35,303 bases of DNA from Thainema sp. (lineage in GTDB: Bacteria > Cyanobacteriota > Cyanobacteriia > Phormidesmidales > Phormidesmidaceae): positions 1 to 35,303 of the forward strand of contig JBQLZK010000070.1 in the NCBI GenBank assembly GCA_052168235.1, in the 5' to 3' direction. A model generated the notes under the pieces. The model worked only from the letters and a program-made list of their open reading frames with translations. It made no database searches and had not been told where the DNA came from. The position numbers and the translations under genes are program-made. This document shows positions 1 through 10,209 of this stretch, in pieces. Within the stretch, counting starts at the first letter, position 1; each line of letters starts with the position of its first letter.

Positions 1-125
1 TGCCAGTGCGGTCATCACATTTCGCTCATCTGAGGTTTTCGGATAGGCTCTAAGCCCCTTGTTCAGTGCAGCTTCATAAAGGATTGGTATAACGCTAAAT
101 GGTCAAACAAATCGTCCAAACCAAC

Positions 126-147
126 GATTAAGTTGGCCAACTTAATC
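126..147. repeat. Perfect 22-bp palindrome overlapping the xfp stop codon
   Basis: GATTAAGTTGG|CCAACTTAATC read directly. Confidence 0.7.
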
Positions 148-2565
148 ATTCACCGCACAGGAATCAAATCCTGGCCATTTCCAGTTCGTATACTCATCTT
201 TATCTTTACCGTATTCATGGGCATAGGTGAGGCATTCAATGATGTTATTTTTCATGCGCTCCTTCACATGGGCAGCGGCTGATCCCAGTTTTGGCACGCG
301 GTTAATCACATCAATAACCAAATTGAACCGATCAATCTGGTTATTGATCGCCAGTTCCAGGGGCGTATTGATATTGCCCACTTCCTTGTAGCCGCGAACG
401 TGAATCCGATCTTGATTGGCGCGACGATACACCAGCTTGTGAATCAGCCAGGGATAGCCGTGGAAGTTAAAGATCACGGGCTTATCGGTGGTGAATAATG
501 AGTTGAAATCCCAATCAGATAAGCCGTGGGGATGTTCTCCCTCAGACACCAGCTTGAACAAATCGACGACGTTAACAAAGCGGATTTTGAGATAGGGAAA
601 CTCCTCCCGCAGAATCGCCGTTGCAGCCAGAGACTCCATCGTTGGAATGTCACCGCAGCAGGCCATGATCACATCAGGAATATCCGGTTCTGTGCCGCAG
701 TCGTCGTTGCTGGCCCAGTCCCAAATGCCGATGCCCTTAGTGCAGTGCTTCACCGCCTCATCCATAGTCAGATATTGCAGGTGCTTCTGCTTGTCAGAAA
801 TGATGACGTTGATGTAGTCCACGCTGCGGAAACAGTGATCGGCAACGGACAGCAAGCAGTTAGCATCCGGTGGGAAGTAAACCCGCACCACGTCTGGATT
901 TTTATTGGTCACCAAGTCGATGTAGCCCGGATCTTGGTGGCTGAATCCGTTGTGATCTTGCCGCCACACCAGGGACGACAGCAGGATATTCAGTGATGAA
1001 ATCGAGCGCCGCCAGGGAACGTGATGCTTACAGATATCCAGCCACTTGGCGTGCTGGTTAAACATGGAATCCACTACATGGGCAAACGCTTCGTAGGTAT
1101 GGAATAGACCATGCCGTCCGGTGAGGAGGTAACCCTCAAGCCAGCCCTGGAGCGTATGCTCACTCAGCATTTCCATCACCCGACCATCGCGCGACAGTTC
1201 GCTACCGTCCATGTCTTCGGGATACATATCCGCCATCCAGGCTTTCTTGGATACTTCATAAACTGCCTGGAGACGGTTCGATGCCGTTTCATCCGGCCCC
1301 ATGAGGCGGAAGTTATTGGGATTGTCCCGCATGATATCCCGCATCAGGAGGCCCAGCACCATGGTGTTTTCGAACATCACCGTACCGGGCTGCGGAATTG
1401 CGATCGCATAATCACGGAAGTTCGGCATGTGTAAATCACGCCGCCGCAGCCCACCATTGGCTTGAGGATTGGCGCTCATCCGCCGATTGCCTTCAGGGGC
1501 AAGCGCTTTTAGCTCTGGGATGAGAGTCCCGTTTGCATCAAACAGCTCTTCCGGTTTGTATCTGCGCATCCAGGCTTCCAGCATTTGCAGATGCTCGGGG
1601 TTGCTGTGCATATTGCCCATTGGCACCTGGTGCGATCGCCAAAATCCTTCGACTTTGTGCCCATCGACTTCCTCTGGGCCAGTCCAACCTTTGGGTGTCC
1701 GCAGGATAATCATCGGCCAGCGGGGACGTTCAATATTGCCGTTGATCCGAGCTTCCCGCTGAACCTCTCGGATGTGGGTAATGCACTCTTCCATGACAGC
1801 CGCCATTTTCTGGTGCATGACAGCCGGATCGCTGCCTTCCACAATGTACGGCGTATAGCCATAGCCTCTAAACAGATATTCCAGTTCTTCGGACGAAATG
1901 CGGGCCAGGATCGTGGGATTGGCAATCTTGTAGCCGTTCAGGTTCAGGACTGGCAGGACGGCACCATCTCGCGCGGGATTGATGAACTTGTTGGAGTGCC
2001 AAGCCGTTGCGAGCGGCCCCGTTTCAGCCTCGCCATCACCCACAACACAGGTGGCAATCAGATCGGGATTGTCTAACACCGCACCATAGGCGTGAGACAG
2101 ACTGTATCCCAGCTCTCCCCCTTCATGGATCGAGCCAGGGGTTTCCGGTGTAACGTGGCTACCAATGTGACCGGGGAAGGAAAACTGCTTGAAAAACTGC
2201 TGCATTCCCTCCGCGTCTTGGTTGTTGGTAGGATAAATCTCTGAATATGTGCCCTCCAGATAGACTGGGCCAAGTACGCCCGGTGCGCCATGACCCGGCC
2301 CAGCCAGAAAAATCATGTCCAGGTCGTACTTCTTGATCAGGCGGTTGCAATGAATATAGGTAAAACTGAGAGCCGGTGATGATCCCCAGTGACCCAGTAG
2401 ACGGTACTTGACGTGCTCCGGCTTGATTGGCTCTCGCAGCAACGGATTATCCTTTAGATAAATCATGCCGACAGCAAGATAGTTGCAGGCACGCCAGTAG
2501 GCATGAATCTTTTGTAGTTCGTCATCTGATAACGGCTTGGTTTGTGGTGAAGGGGCTACTACCAT
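142..2565 (-). CDS. xfp: Phosphoketolase (xylulose-5-P/fructose-6-P phosphoketolase)
   Basis: 807 aa. Family motifs [26 protein letters not shown]-binding [14 protein letters not shown] and [12 protein letters not shown]. Confidence 0.96.
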   Translation of the reverse strand: MVVAPSPQTKPLSDDELQKIHAYWRACNYLAVGMIYLKDNPLLREPIKPEHVKYRLLGHWGSSPALSFTYIHCNRLIKKYDLDMIFLAGPGHGAPGVLGPVYLEGTYSEIYPTNNQDAEGMQQFFKQFSFPGHIGSHVTPETPGSIHEGGELGYSLSHAYGAVLDNPDLIATCVVGDGEAETGPLATAWHSNKFINPARDGAVLPVLNLNGYKIANPTILARISSEELEYLFRGYGYTPYIVEGSDPAVMHQKMAAVMEECITHIREVQREARINGNIERPRWPMIILRTPKGWTGPEEVDGHKVEGFWRSHQVPMGNMHSNPEHLQMLEAWMRRYKPEELFDANGTLIPELKALAPEGNRRMSANPQANGGLRRRDLHMPNFRDYAIAIPQPGTVMFENTMVLGLLMRDIMRDNPNNFRLMGPDETASNRLQAVYEVSKKAWMADMYPEDMDGSELSRDGRVMEMLSEHTLQGWLEGYLLTGRHGLFHTYEAFAHVVDSMFNQHAKWLDICKHHVPWRRSISSLNILLSSLVWRQDHNGFSHQDPGYIDLVTNKNPDVVRVYFPPDANCLLSVADHCFRSVDYINVIISDKQKHLQYLTMDEAVKHCTKGIGIWDWASNDDCGTEPDIPDVIMACCGDIPTMESLAATAILREEFPYLKIRFVNVVDLFKLVSEGEHPHGLSDWDFNSLFTTDKPVIFNFHGYPWLIHKLVYRRANQDRIHVRGYKEVGNINTPLELAINNQIDRFNLVIDVINRVPKLGSAAAHVKERMKNNIIECLTYAHEYGKDKDEYTNWKWPGFDSCAVND

Positions 2566-2962
2566 ACGTGGCTTCCAGATTTTAATGACATCAAATTGAG
2601 AATTTTTGATTATTTAAGGATTGGGATCATAGTTTGATCGCTAGTCATGTTTGCCCCCAGTCTGATTATTCAGACGAAAGCCAACATCTACCCTAGAGTT
2701 TAAATTGGCCCAATTTATCTCATCGCTGGCATTGAACAGCAAGTCGATATAGAGATATAGAGCTGATAAACCTTAACACGGTGGAATTAAGGCTTCATAA
2801 TCACTCTAATGCTCAACATTATTTGTACCTGTAGGCTGTTATTCCATTTGTAGTTACTTAATGCTTTTTTAATGGCTTAAGTAACTTATGTAGGATTGCC
2901 AACTAATTCGATAGCCTCTTTGTCTTGCCTGATACTAATTCGCCCACGTTGCCCCATCGGCC

Positions 2963-3235
2963 TCAAATTACCATTGCCTGCGGCAGTTCTGCTGGTTCTA
3001 TATCATCTTCAATGATGGGTACAACAAGTAACGTTAATCCTTGTCGTCCAACTACTTCAACAAACTCACCCGGTTGGCAACAAATGGCGTGCGACTGAGC
3101 AAACTTTGCGGGCCAAGACGTGCCTTGAAAATAAATGCGACCGGGATATTTGCCTGAAATTAACTGCTCTACCCGTCCTTGCCCTGCGAACGGATTGAAA
3201 TCTGGACTGTCAAACAATTTTGCCCACCGAAACAT
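2963..3235 (-). CDS. Small NfeD-like (OB-fold) protein; start ATG 3235 or 3316
   Basis: GRIYFQGTSWPA...PGEFVEVVGRQGLTLLV matches the NfeD C-terminal pattern (G.V...G..W.A ... G..V.V....G..L.V). Confidence 0.75.
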   Translation of the reverse strand: MFRWAKLFDSPDFNPFAGQGRVEQLISGKYPGRIYFQGTSWPAKFAQSHAICCQPGEFVEVVGRQGLTLLVVPIIEDDIEPAELPQAMVI

Positions 3236-3910
3236 ATTGAACCCATGCCTCAAATCTGGTGTTGATATTAAATCGATGGCAGATACACCAACTTGAGATC
3301 CAAACCCATGTGACATTCGCTACTTGAATGTCGTTTGACGCACTTCTGAATAGGACTAAAAATGGATTTGGACGGTTCCAGCTTTTTGCTACTTATGGGC
3401 AGTTTAACAATTGTCCTAGGGCATGAGATCCGAGATATCTGCGATCGCAACTCCAAGAATTAACAAATGTAGTTTCTCTCTAACGACCGCTACACAGAAA
3501 AAACAGTAGAAATACAAGAGCGGATTAAAAGCTTTGATAAATCCTCTGTGTTTTCACTAGAGTTCTTCGATGCCAAGTATCGCATCGAACATTAGAATTA
3601 ATGCAACTACAGAGTGAGATGACTAATTGTTTAATCTCCGCAATAATGCATTGATACTATCGAGCCGGACTGATAGTATCTGTGAACTAGATAAAGCGGT
3701 TTCGGCTCAGAAACTCCATTGTCTGGTGGGGGTATTTTAATCATGATTTTGGGTCGTATGCGTTGGTGTACCGAACCCCAAATCATGACTCTTGAAAGTC
3801 TACCCGCTATCTTCCTAAAACACACCTGGCCGGATATTTGCCCTGACGGCCTGACCAGATGGCGTTAGAATCATTAAGAACTTTTGACCTCTGCGATCGC
3901 AACCTCTGGT

Positions 3911-6900
3911 ATGTCCCAACCTGTTGATCTGTCTGATTCGCTGCCAGCCCGATCTGCCCACAACGGCAATGGCAAAGCTTCGATTGCTAATCCGCAAAAT
4001 ACGATTCGGATTCGGGGAGCACGGCAGCATAATCTGAAGAACATCGATCTTGATTTACCGCGCGATCAGCTGATTGTCCTGACCGGGGTGTCGGGTTCGG
4101 GTAAGTCTTCGCTGGCGTTTGATACGATTTTTGCCGAGGGACAGCGCCGCTACGTGGAATCCCTCAGCGCCTACGCCCGCCAGTTTTTAGGCCAGGTAGA
4201 CAAACCTGACGTGGATGCGATCGAGGGTTTGAGTCCCGCGATTTCGATTGACCAAAAATCTACGTCACACAACCCCCGCTCCACGGTGGGAACAGTGACG
4301 GAAATCTATGACTATCTGCGACTGCTGTTTGGTCGAGCAGGTGAACCCCACTGTCCAGAGTGCGATCGCTCCATTGCGCCCCAAACCATCGATCAGATGG
4401 TGGACATCATCTCCGAACTCCCCGAACGGACGCGGTTTCAAATTCTCGCGCCAGTGGTGCGAGGCAAGAAAGGCACGCATAAGAAATTGCTGTCCGGCCT
4501 AACCGCTGAGGGTTTTGTGCGGGTGCGGGTCGATGGCGAAGTGATGGATCTGAGCGACAACATCGAGCTGAATAAGAACCACTTCCATGATATTGAGGTG
4601 GTTGTGGATCGCTTAGTGATGAAAGAAGGGCTGCAAGAGCGCCTAGTGGACTCGCTGTCTACTGCCTTGCGTCGTGCGGACGGGATCGCCATTGTCGATA
4701 TCGTTGCTACGCCGGATAACGTGGTAGCCTTGCCCGTGCAGAAAACGGACACCGCCAACGGTAGTGCCTCCCTACGAGCGGCTGAAAAAGGTGGTCAGTA
4801 CGGTCAAACCGCTACCGCTGAGCCGGAAACGCTGCCCAAGGAGCTAGTTTTTTCCGAAAATTTTGCCTGTCCTGAACATGGCGCAGTCATGGAAGAACTG
4901 TCGCCCCGCTTATTCTCGTTTAACTCGCCCTACGGTGCTTGCCCCAACTGTCACGGTCTAGGTAATCTGCCCACGTTCTCGCCTGACTTGGTAGTACCCG
5001 ATCCGGCGCTGCCTGTCTATGCTGCGATCGCACCTTGGTCCGAGAAGGATAACACCTACTATTTCTCGCTGCTTTTCAGTGTCGGCCAAGCGCTGGGATT
5101 TGAAATCCAGTCAGCCTGGAACAGTCTCACCCCCGAACAGCAGCACACGGTGCTCTGGGGAACCAAGCATGAAATTTATATTGAGACGGATTCGCGCTAT
5201 CGCGACAAGAAAGGCTACCATCGCCGCTATGAAGGCGTGATTCCCCTGCTGGAGCGGCAGTATCACGAAACTACGTCCGATACCTACAAGCAAAAGCTGG
5301 AGAAATATCTGGTCAGCCAACCCTGCGAAGTCTGCCACGGCAATCGACTCAAGCCAGAATCCCTCGCGGTGCGGATTGGTCAATACACCGTCACCCAGTT
5401 TACGGGCGTCTCGATTCGCGAATGTCTGGAACGAATCGAAAATGTGCAGCTCACGCCCCGGCAGGCGCAAATTGGCGATCTTGTTTTGAAAGAAATCAAA
5501 GCGCGATTACGGTTTCTGCTGGATGTGGGACTGGACTATCTCACGCTGGATCGTCCTGCGATGACCCTTTCTGGCGGGGAAGCGCAGCGAATTCGGCTGG
5601 CAACCCAGATTGGCTCCGGTTTGACGGGAGTTCTCTACGTACTGGACGAACCGAGCATCGGTCTGCACCAGCGGGACAATGGGCGGCTGCTTAATACCCT
5701 AACCAAACTGCGGGATCTGGGTAATACGCTGATTGTGGTGGAGCATGATGAAGACACCATGCAGGCGGCTGATTATCTAGTCGATATTGGCCCTGGCGCA
5801 GGCATTCACGGCGGCAGCATTGTCGCCCAAGGCAGTATTGAGGACATCAAAAAATCAAAAGCATCCATGACGGGTGCTTACCTGTCAGGGCGACTTGGCA
5901 TTACTACTCCGGCGGAACGGCGGGCGGGCAACGGTCGCAGCCTCACCCTATGTAGTGCCACACGCAACAACCTGAAGGACATCACCGTCAAGATTCCGCT
6001 GGGCAAGCTGGTTTGCGTGACGGGCGTGTCCGGCTCTGGCAAGTCAACCCTGGTCAACGAACTGCTCTATCAGGGCTTGCGCCACCACTTTGGCCACAAG
6101 GTTCCCTTTCCCAAAGACCTGAAGGAAATCAAAGGACTGAAATCACTCGATAAAGCGATCGTCATCGACCAGTCGCCGATTGGCCGTACGCCCCGCTCCA
6201 ATCCGGCTACGTATACGGGCATTTTTGATGTGATTCGGACGCTGTTTGCAGAAACAGTAGAAGCAAAAGCGCGAGGTTACAAACCGGGACAGTTCTCATT
6301 TAACGTTAAAGGCGGACGCTGCGAAGCCTGCGGTGGCCAGGGCGTGAATGTGATTGAGATGAATTTTTTGCCGGACGTGTACGTGCAGTGCGAAGTCTGC
6401 AAAGGCGCACGCTACAATCGCGAAACGCTGCAGGTGAAGTATAAGGGCAAAAATATCTCTGATGTGCTCAACATGACCGCTGAGGAAGCGCTGGACTTCT
6501 TCCAAAATATTCCTAAAGCCGCTTCCCGCCTACAAACGCTAGTTGATGTAGGTCTGGGCTACGTACGCTTGGGTCAAACAGCCCCCACTCTCTCCGGTGG
6601 AGAAGCTCAGCGAATGAAGCTGGCCTCTGAACTGTCCCGCCGCGCCACGGGCAAAACCCTTTACCTGATTGACGAGCCGACGACTGGTCTCTCGTTCTAC
6701 GATGTTCACAAGCTACTGGATGTCGTGCAGCGGCTAGTAGACAAGGGCAATTCGGTGCTGATGATTGAGCACAACCTGGACGTAATTCGCTGTGCCGACT
6801 GGCTAATCGACCTGGGGCCAGAAGGCGGCAACCGAGGCGGCGAGGTGATTGCCGAAGGCACACCAGAAGAAGTGGCAAACTGCGATCGCTCTTACACGGG

Positions 6901-6955
6901 TCAATACCTCAAGCCTGTGTTGGAACAGCATCCACCAATGGCATCATCGGCCTAA
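3911..6955 (+). CDS. uvrA: Excinuclease ABC subunit A (start ATG 3911 or TTG 3884)
   Basis: [14 protein letters not shown], two Walker A GVSGSGKS, two LSGGEAQR signatures, CxxC zinc fingers. Confidence 0.98.
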   Translation: MSQPVDLSDSLPARSAHNGNGKASIANPQNTIRIRGARQHNLKNIDLDLPRDQLIVLTGVSGSGKSSLAFDTIFAEGQRRYVESLSAYARQFLGQVDKPDVDAIEGLSPAISIDQKSTSHNPRSTVGTVTEIYDYLRLLFGRAGEPHCPECDRSIAPQTIDQMVDIISELPERTRFQILAPVVRGKKGTHKKLLSGLTAEGFVRVRVDGEVMDLSDNIELNKNHFHDIEVVVDRLVMKEGLQERLVDSLSTALRRADGIAIVDIVATPDNVVALPVQKTDTANGSASLRAAEKGGQYGQTATAEPETLPKELVFSENFACPEHGAVMEELSPRLFSFNSPYGACPNCHGLGNLPTFSPDLVVPDPALPVYAAIAPWSEKDNTYYFSLLFSVGQALGFEIQSAWNSLTPEQQHTVLWGTKHEIYIETDSRYRDKKGYHRRYEGVIPLLERQYHETTSDTYKQKLEKYLVSQPCEVCHGNRLKPESLAVRIGQYTVTQFTGVSIRECLERIENVQLTPRQAQIGDLVLKEIKARLRFLLDVGLDYLTLDRPAMTLSGGEAQRIRLATQIGSGLTGVLYVLDEPSIGLHQRDNGRLLNTLTKLRDLGNTLIVVEHDEDTMQAADYLVDIGPGAGIHGGSIVAQGSIEDIKKSKASMTGAYLSGRLGITTPAERRAGNGRSLTLCSATRNNLKDITVKIPLGKLVCVTGVSGSGKSTLVNELLYQGLRHHFGHKVPFPKDLKEIKGLKSLDKAIVIDQSPIGRTPRSNPATYTGIFDVIRTLFAETVEAKARGYKPGQFSFNVKGGRCEACGGQGVNVIEMNFLPDVYVQCEVCKGARYNRETLQVKYKGKNISDVLNMTAEEALDFFQNIPKAASRLQTLVDVGLGYVRLGQTAPTLSGGEAQRMKLASELSRRATGKTLYLIDEPTTGLSFYDVHKLLDVVQRLVDKGNSVLMIEHNLDVIRCADWLIDLGPEGGNRGGEVIAEGTPEEVANCDRSYTGQYLKPVLEQHPPMASSA

Positions 6956-6979
6956 ATGTCTTCACCACGTGTTTCGCAA

Positions 6980-7047
6980 TGTAGGGGCGGGTCTAGCCAA
7001 TCACGTCTAGATGTGACTCAAACGTTTCGTCAAGACCCGCCCCTACA
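6980..7047. repeat. GTAG-type REP inverted repeat between convergent genes (possible bidirectional terminator)
   Basis: TGTAGGGGCGGGTCT (6980-6994) and AGACCCGCCCCTACA (7033-7047) form perfect 15-bp arms with a 38-nt spacer. Confidence 0.85.
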
Positions 7048-7050
7048 GAA

Positions 7051-7923
7051 TCATCGCAACCAATTCGATAGATCCCGCTGGAGTAAATCCTGGGTTTTCA
7101 AAATGTCGTCTCGATAGATATCGATCAACTGCTGGCGATGTTCCGGCTGTAGCGTGGGGCGAGAGAGATTTTGTTTGATTAAACGCGATCGCAGATTTTG
7201 ACGAGCGTCTACGGGTAAAAACAGCTTCAGAACCGTAGCGGCTGCACTGCGGAGGGGATTCTTTTCTTTGAGTAATCGGTAAAGTGCTGCATTTTTTGGT
7301 GCGCCAGATACGTTGTGTCGCTTTTCCGTATCGGGCTTGAAATTTGGATCAACACCAATAAACATGAACAGATCCTGCATTAGTGCATCAGAATCTTTGA
7401 CCAGATCATCAAATAGATAAATCTTGATTTGCTCTGTTGGGAAACGGTCGTAGTAGCGCTTCAACTGCTCGTAATAAAAGCCAATTTGGACAAAATAGCC
7501 GTCTTGTTTGACAAAGTGCTCAAAATCCAGAGGCTTGTTACCTGCCTCATCCATAACTGATGGATGTAGGTTCCGCACATGAAAGAGATAGTCTGAAAAT
7601 GCTCGCTCTGCCGGATGCCGCAAAATTGCGATTAGTTTCGCATTTGGCACGTAGTGATGAATGCGTTCAGCCGCTTGAGGCCGAAATAAATAAATGCTAG
7701 AGACTTCGCCGATGACTTGATCAGTTGGAGCTGATGCAAACATCGTTTTGTACGTCTCAAAATCGGTGACGCCTTCCCGATCTGGTTCACCTTCAAATGC
7801 GAAAAAGTAAAGCTCTTTGGTTGTGGGCAAAAAAATTTGCGGATGCTCTTCTAGATAGCGATAAATGGAGGTAGTTCCCCCTTTACCTGCGCCCAAAATA
7901 ATAAAATCAGGAAGTTTCACCAT
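7051..7923 (-). CDS. PAPS-dependent sulfotransferase
   Basis: PDFIILGAGKGGTTS (5'-PSB) and ILRHPAERAFS (3'-PB). Start placed at ATG 7923 because the upstream ORF extension runs into a REP element. Confidence 0.9.
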   Translation of the reverse strand: MVKLPDFIILGAGKGGTTSIYRYLEEHPQIFLPTTKELYFFAFEGEPDREGVTDFETYKTMFASAPTDQVIGEVSSIYLFRPQAAERIHHYVPNAKLIAILRHPAERAFSDYLFHVRNLHPSVMDEAGNKPLDFEHFVKQDGYFVQIGFYYEQLKRYYDRFPTEQIKIYLFDDLVKDSDALMQDLFMFIGVDPNFKPDTEKRHNVSGAPKNAALYRLLKEKNPLRSAAATVLKLFLPVDARQNLRSRLIKQNLSRPTLQPEHRQQLIDIYRDDILKTQDLLQRDLSNWLR

Positions 7924-7949
7924 TTTTGCTCTAGTACTATTTGTATTAT

Positions 7950-8020
7950 TTGTAGGTTGGGTTACGCTAAACCCAACCTTTAAGGATGTGTTGGGTTTCA
8001 TGCTTCAACCCAACCTACAA
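7950..8020. repeat. REP doublet (REPIN-like), GTAGGTTGGGTT family, copy 1
   Basis: TTGTAGGTTGGGTT-ACGCT-AAACCCAAC...GTTGGGTTT-CATGCTTC-AACCCAACCTACAA: two hairpins in inverted orientation. Confidence 0.85.
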
Positions 8021-8048
8021 GCCTAAAAGCATCTGATAACTGTGAAAA

Positions 8049-8969
8049 TCACGTTTTGATGGCTTTTTTGAGTTGGGATTTCAATCTAGACCACAAGGTA
8101 GTTTGAGACTGAAACTGTGGATAGTGATCCGGAATTTCTTCGCTGAGATATCGGTAATGCTGCCAAATCTCCCAGTAGGGACAACCCGGTTTAATTTCAA
8201 TTCCGGCCCAGTGTAAATATTGCAACGGTTGATTCACGCTTGGGTCAATTAATCGGTGTTCACCTAACGGCTGAAAATGGGGACTGCCAGCCCAGTTACC
8301 TGGAGCACCACCGGGACGCTTGACGATATTGAACCGTTGTGGAATTCGCTTCAGCAACATGTAATTAATAATTGGCTGGTCAGAAGTTTTTTGTGAGAAA
8401 TCAAAGTACTCTGGATGGCTAGCACATTCAGCAAACACATCATACAGATCTTGCTCAGTCATCAATCCTTTTTTAGAAGCCCAGAAGCCGCCGTTGAAGA
8501 TATCTTTAACTTCTGATGGAGTGAAGATTCCCTGCTCTAAAACAACCGAGTTAAACACATTGGTAATGCCGCCCAGATGCTGATAGTCGCAGCAAAGAAA
8601 ATCATAATCATTGAAATAGTTGAGATTATCAATAATCTTTTCAAAAACAACAATATCCGTATCAATGTAGAGAAATTCATCAAAGGGGCCAAACCAGCAG
8701 GCTTGCTTGCGAAATTGATTAGGACGAGCAAAAAACTGTTCTCCAAATGTCTGCTGAAGCCGCTGAGAAAGTCGCTGAATAAACTCTAAATCATCATAAA
8801 CTTCAACCCCGAATCGTTCCCCTAAAACTTGCGCGATCGCACTATAGTTTTCGTCGTAGGGAATCATAATCACGGGTGTATCGGCATCGTAGGTACGGAT
8901 GCTGTTCAACAGTGCGATCGCATGATCGGTGACTTTGTCGTTGGCGATGATGTAGATACCGCGAGTCAT
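8049..8969 (-). CDS. GT-A fold, GT8-like glycosyltransferase (probably the cyanobacterial Npun_R2821/R2822-type family)
   Basis: DxD motif YIDTD, FNGG, SDQPIINY, YLHWAG. Paralog of the neighbouring gene. Confidence 0.75.
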   Translation of the reverse strand: MTRGIYIIANDKVTDHAIALLNSIRTYDADTPVIMIPYDENYSAIAQVLGERFGVEVYDDLEFIQRLSQRLQQTFGEQFFARPNQFRKQACWFGPFDEFLYIDTDIVVFEKIIDNLNYFNDYDFLCCDYQHLGGITNVFNSVVLEQGIFTPSEVKDIFNGGFWASKKGLMTEQDLYDVFAECASHPEYFDFSQKTSDQPIINYMLLKRIPQRFNIVKRPGGAPGNWAGSPHFQPLGEHRLIDPSVNQPLQYLHWAGIEIKPGCPYWEIWQHYRYLSEEIPDHYPQFQSQTTLWSRLKSQLKKAIKT

Positions 8970-8971
8970 GG

Positions 8972-9041
8972 TTAGAGGGCTGTAAAGGCTATAAAGGGCT
9001 GTAAAGGTTGTAGAGGGTAAGAGAGTGAGGAGTGAGGAGTA
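8972..9041. repeat. Degenerate short tandem repeats (9-10-mer TGTAAAGGC-like, then 7-mer AGTGAGG)
   Basis: ttagagggc tgtaaaggc tataaagggc tgtaaaggt tgtagagggt aagag agtgagg agtgagg agt fills the intergenic gap. Confidence 0.7.
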
Positions 9042-10052
9042 TTAAGGTTTGGGCGATAGCTGAAATTGTTGTTTAAGCTTGCGGAGGCCGCGTTGCCAGC
9101 GGGTGGGTGGGCGTTGGGGTCGGATTTCGGGGCCGTTGAGGGCAGGGCGCTGATCGGGTTCGTGTAAGTAGCGATAGTGCAAGAACAGATCGCGATAGGG
9201 GAAGGGGACGTTTTGATTGGTGCAGACGGCTTTGAAGAGTTTGGAGGAAACGCCAATGTAGTGTAGGTAGGTGAGGCGATGGCCTCGGTCATACAAAATG
9301 CGATCGCGTTCTTCAAAGTGGCTGGAGGTGACGCAGCAGCCTGTGCGTTTGTCCAGGGGCGGGGTCTGTGCTAGATTTTGAGCCGGAATACCGAGTCGCA
9401 TCACCATGTAATTGAGCAGCGTTTGGTCGGGAGCCATCGGGTAGAGAACTTCGGCGTCCTGTTGCAGGTGATCCAAAACTCTAGCCCGCTGGTCTGCTGC
9501 GAATATCCCTCGTTTTGAACCGTAAAAGCCAGAGCAGAAGATCTCTGTATCCAAACGCGACTGGGGGAATACCTGCCGCAGCTTGGTCGATTCTGCCGCG
9601 TATACATGGGTCAAATCCTTATGCTGAAAGTCGTAAACGACCCAGTCCACCTCATCCAGTGCCGCAAAAATAGGGTCGAGCGATCCCATTAGCAGCGTAT
9701 CTGCATCCATGTAGACAAACCGATCGAACGGCCCATCAAACGCACAGTAGCGGCGATGGGTGCCGACACGGTGGTAGCCGTCGCTGCCTGCCTTTTGCCA
9801 AATCTGCCGCGCCGTCGGATGCAAGTCCCACGCCTGCCGCACCCAATCATCCCAAGTTCGCATCGAATCTACGTCATCATAGATTTGCACCTGGGGTCGA
9901 TCTGCGATCGCAGTTCTTAATTGCTCAACCTGATCGTCATAGGGATAAATGCACACGGGCATTTCGCTGCCATAAATCGCCTCAATGCTATTGAGCAGGG
10001 CAATCACCTGATCGGCGACGTAGTCGTTGGCGAGGGTGCAGATTCCGTCCAT
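9042..10052 (-). CDS. GT-A fold, GT8-like glycosyltransferase, second paralog
   Basis: MDGICTLAND...ALLNSI N-terminus like its neighbour; YMDAD, PDQTLLNY, YLHYIG. Confidence 0.75.
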   Translation of the reverse strand: MDGICTLANDYVADQVIALLNSIEAIYGSEMPVCIYPYDDQVEQLRTAIADRPQVQIYDDVDSMRTWDDWVRQAWDLHPTARQIWQKAGSDGYHRVGTHRRYCAFDGPFDRFVYMDADTLLMGSLDPIFAALDEVDWVVYDFQHKDLTHVYAAESTKLRQVFPQSRLDTEIFCSGFYGSKRGIFAADQRARVLDHLQQDAEVLYPMAPDQTLLNYMVMRLGIPAQNLAQTPPLDKRTGCCVTSSHFEERDRILYDRGHRLTYLHYIGVSSKLFKAVCTNQNVPFPYRDLFLHYRYLHEPDQRPALNGPEIRPQRPPTRWQRGLRKLKQQFQLSPKP

Positions 10053-10053
10053 A

Positions 10054-10107
10054 AGAGAGTGGGGGAGTGGGTAGGTAGGAGGGTGGATGGGTGAATGGGT
10101 AGGAGAG
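10054..10107. repeat. G-rich short tandem repeat tract (GGGTGGAT-like)
   Basis: Purine-rich run. 10074-10093 is the exact reverse complement of 31338-31357. Confidence 0.7.
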
Positions 10108-10111
10108 CTTG

Positions 10112-10198
10112 GTAGGGTGTGTTAGGCGCTAGCCGTAACGCACCGATCCTGTTTTTAAGTTCGTAAAGATAAGGTAGGGGCCAATGGCCATTGGCCTA
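10112..10198. repeat. Two GTAG-type REP hairpins
   Basis: GTAGGGTGTGTTA-GGCGCTAGCCG-TAACGCACC (10112-10144) and GTAGGGGCCAATGGCCATTGGCCTA (10174-10198). Confidence 0.7.
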
Positions 10199-10209
10199 AT
10201 GCAGAATGT

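Noticed and set aside
526..2350. Short antisense and alternate-frame ORFs over xfp (likewise over uvrA, gyrA and the GT genes)
   Set aside because: Shadow ORFs of long genes with no recognisable motifs.
3760..3785. Possible LexA box upstream of uvrA (GGTGTACCGAAC)
   Set aside because: Does not fit the cyanobacterial RGTAC-N3-DGTWC spacing on either strand.
4700..4845. ~45-aa insertion in UvrA before the FACP zinc-binding motif
   Set aside because: Low-complexity variable loop with no intein or repeat signature.
7924..8001. N-terminal 26 aa of the 316-aa sulfotransferase ORF
   Set aside because: Its start and first ~17 codons lie inside a REP doublet. The family motif begins right after ATG 7923.
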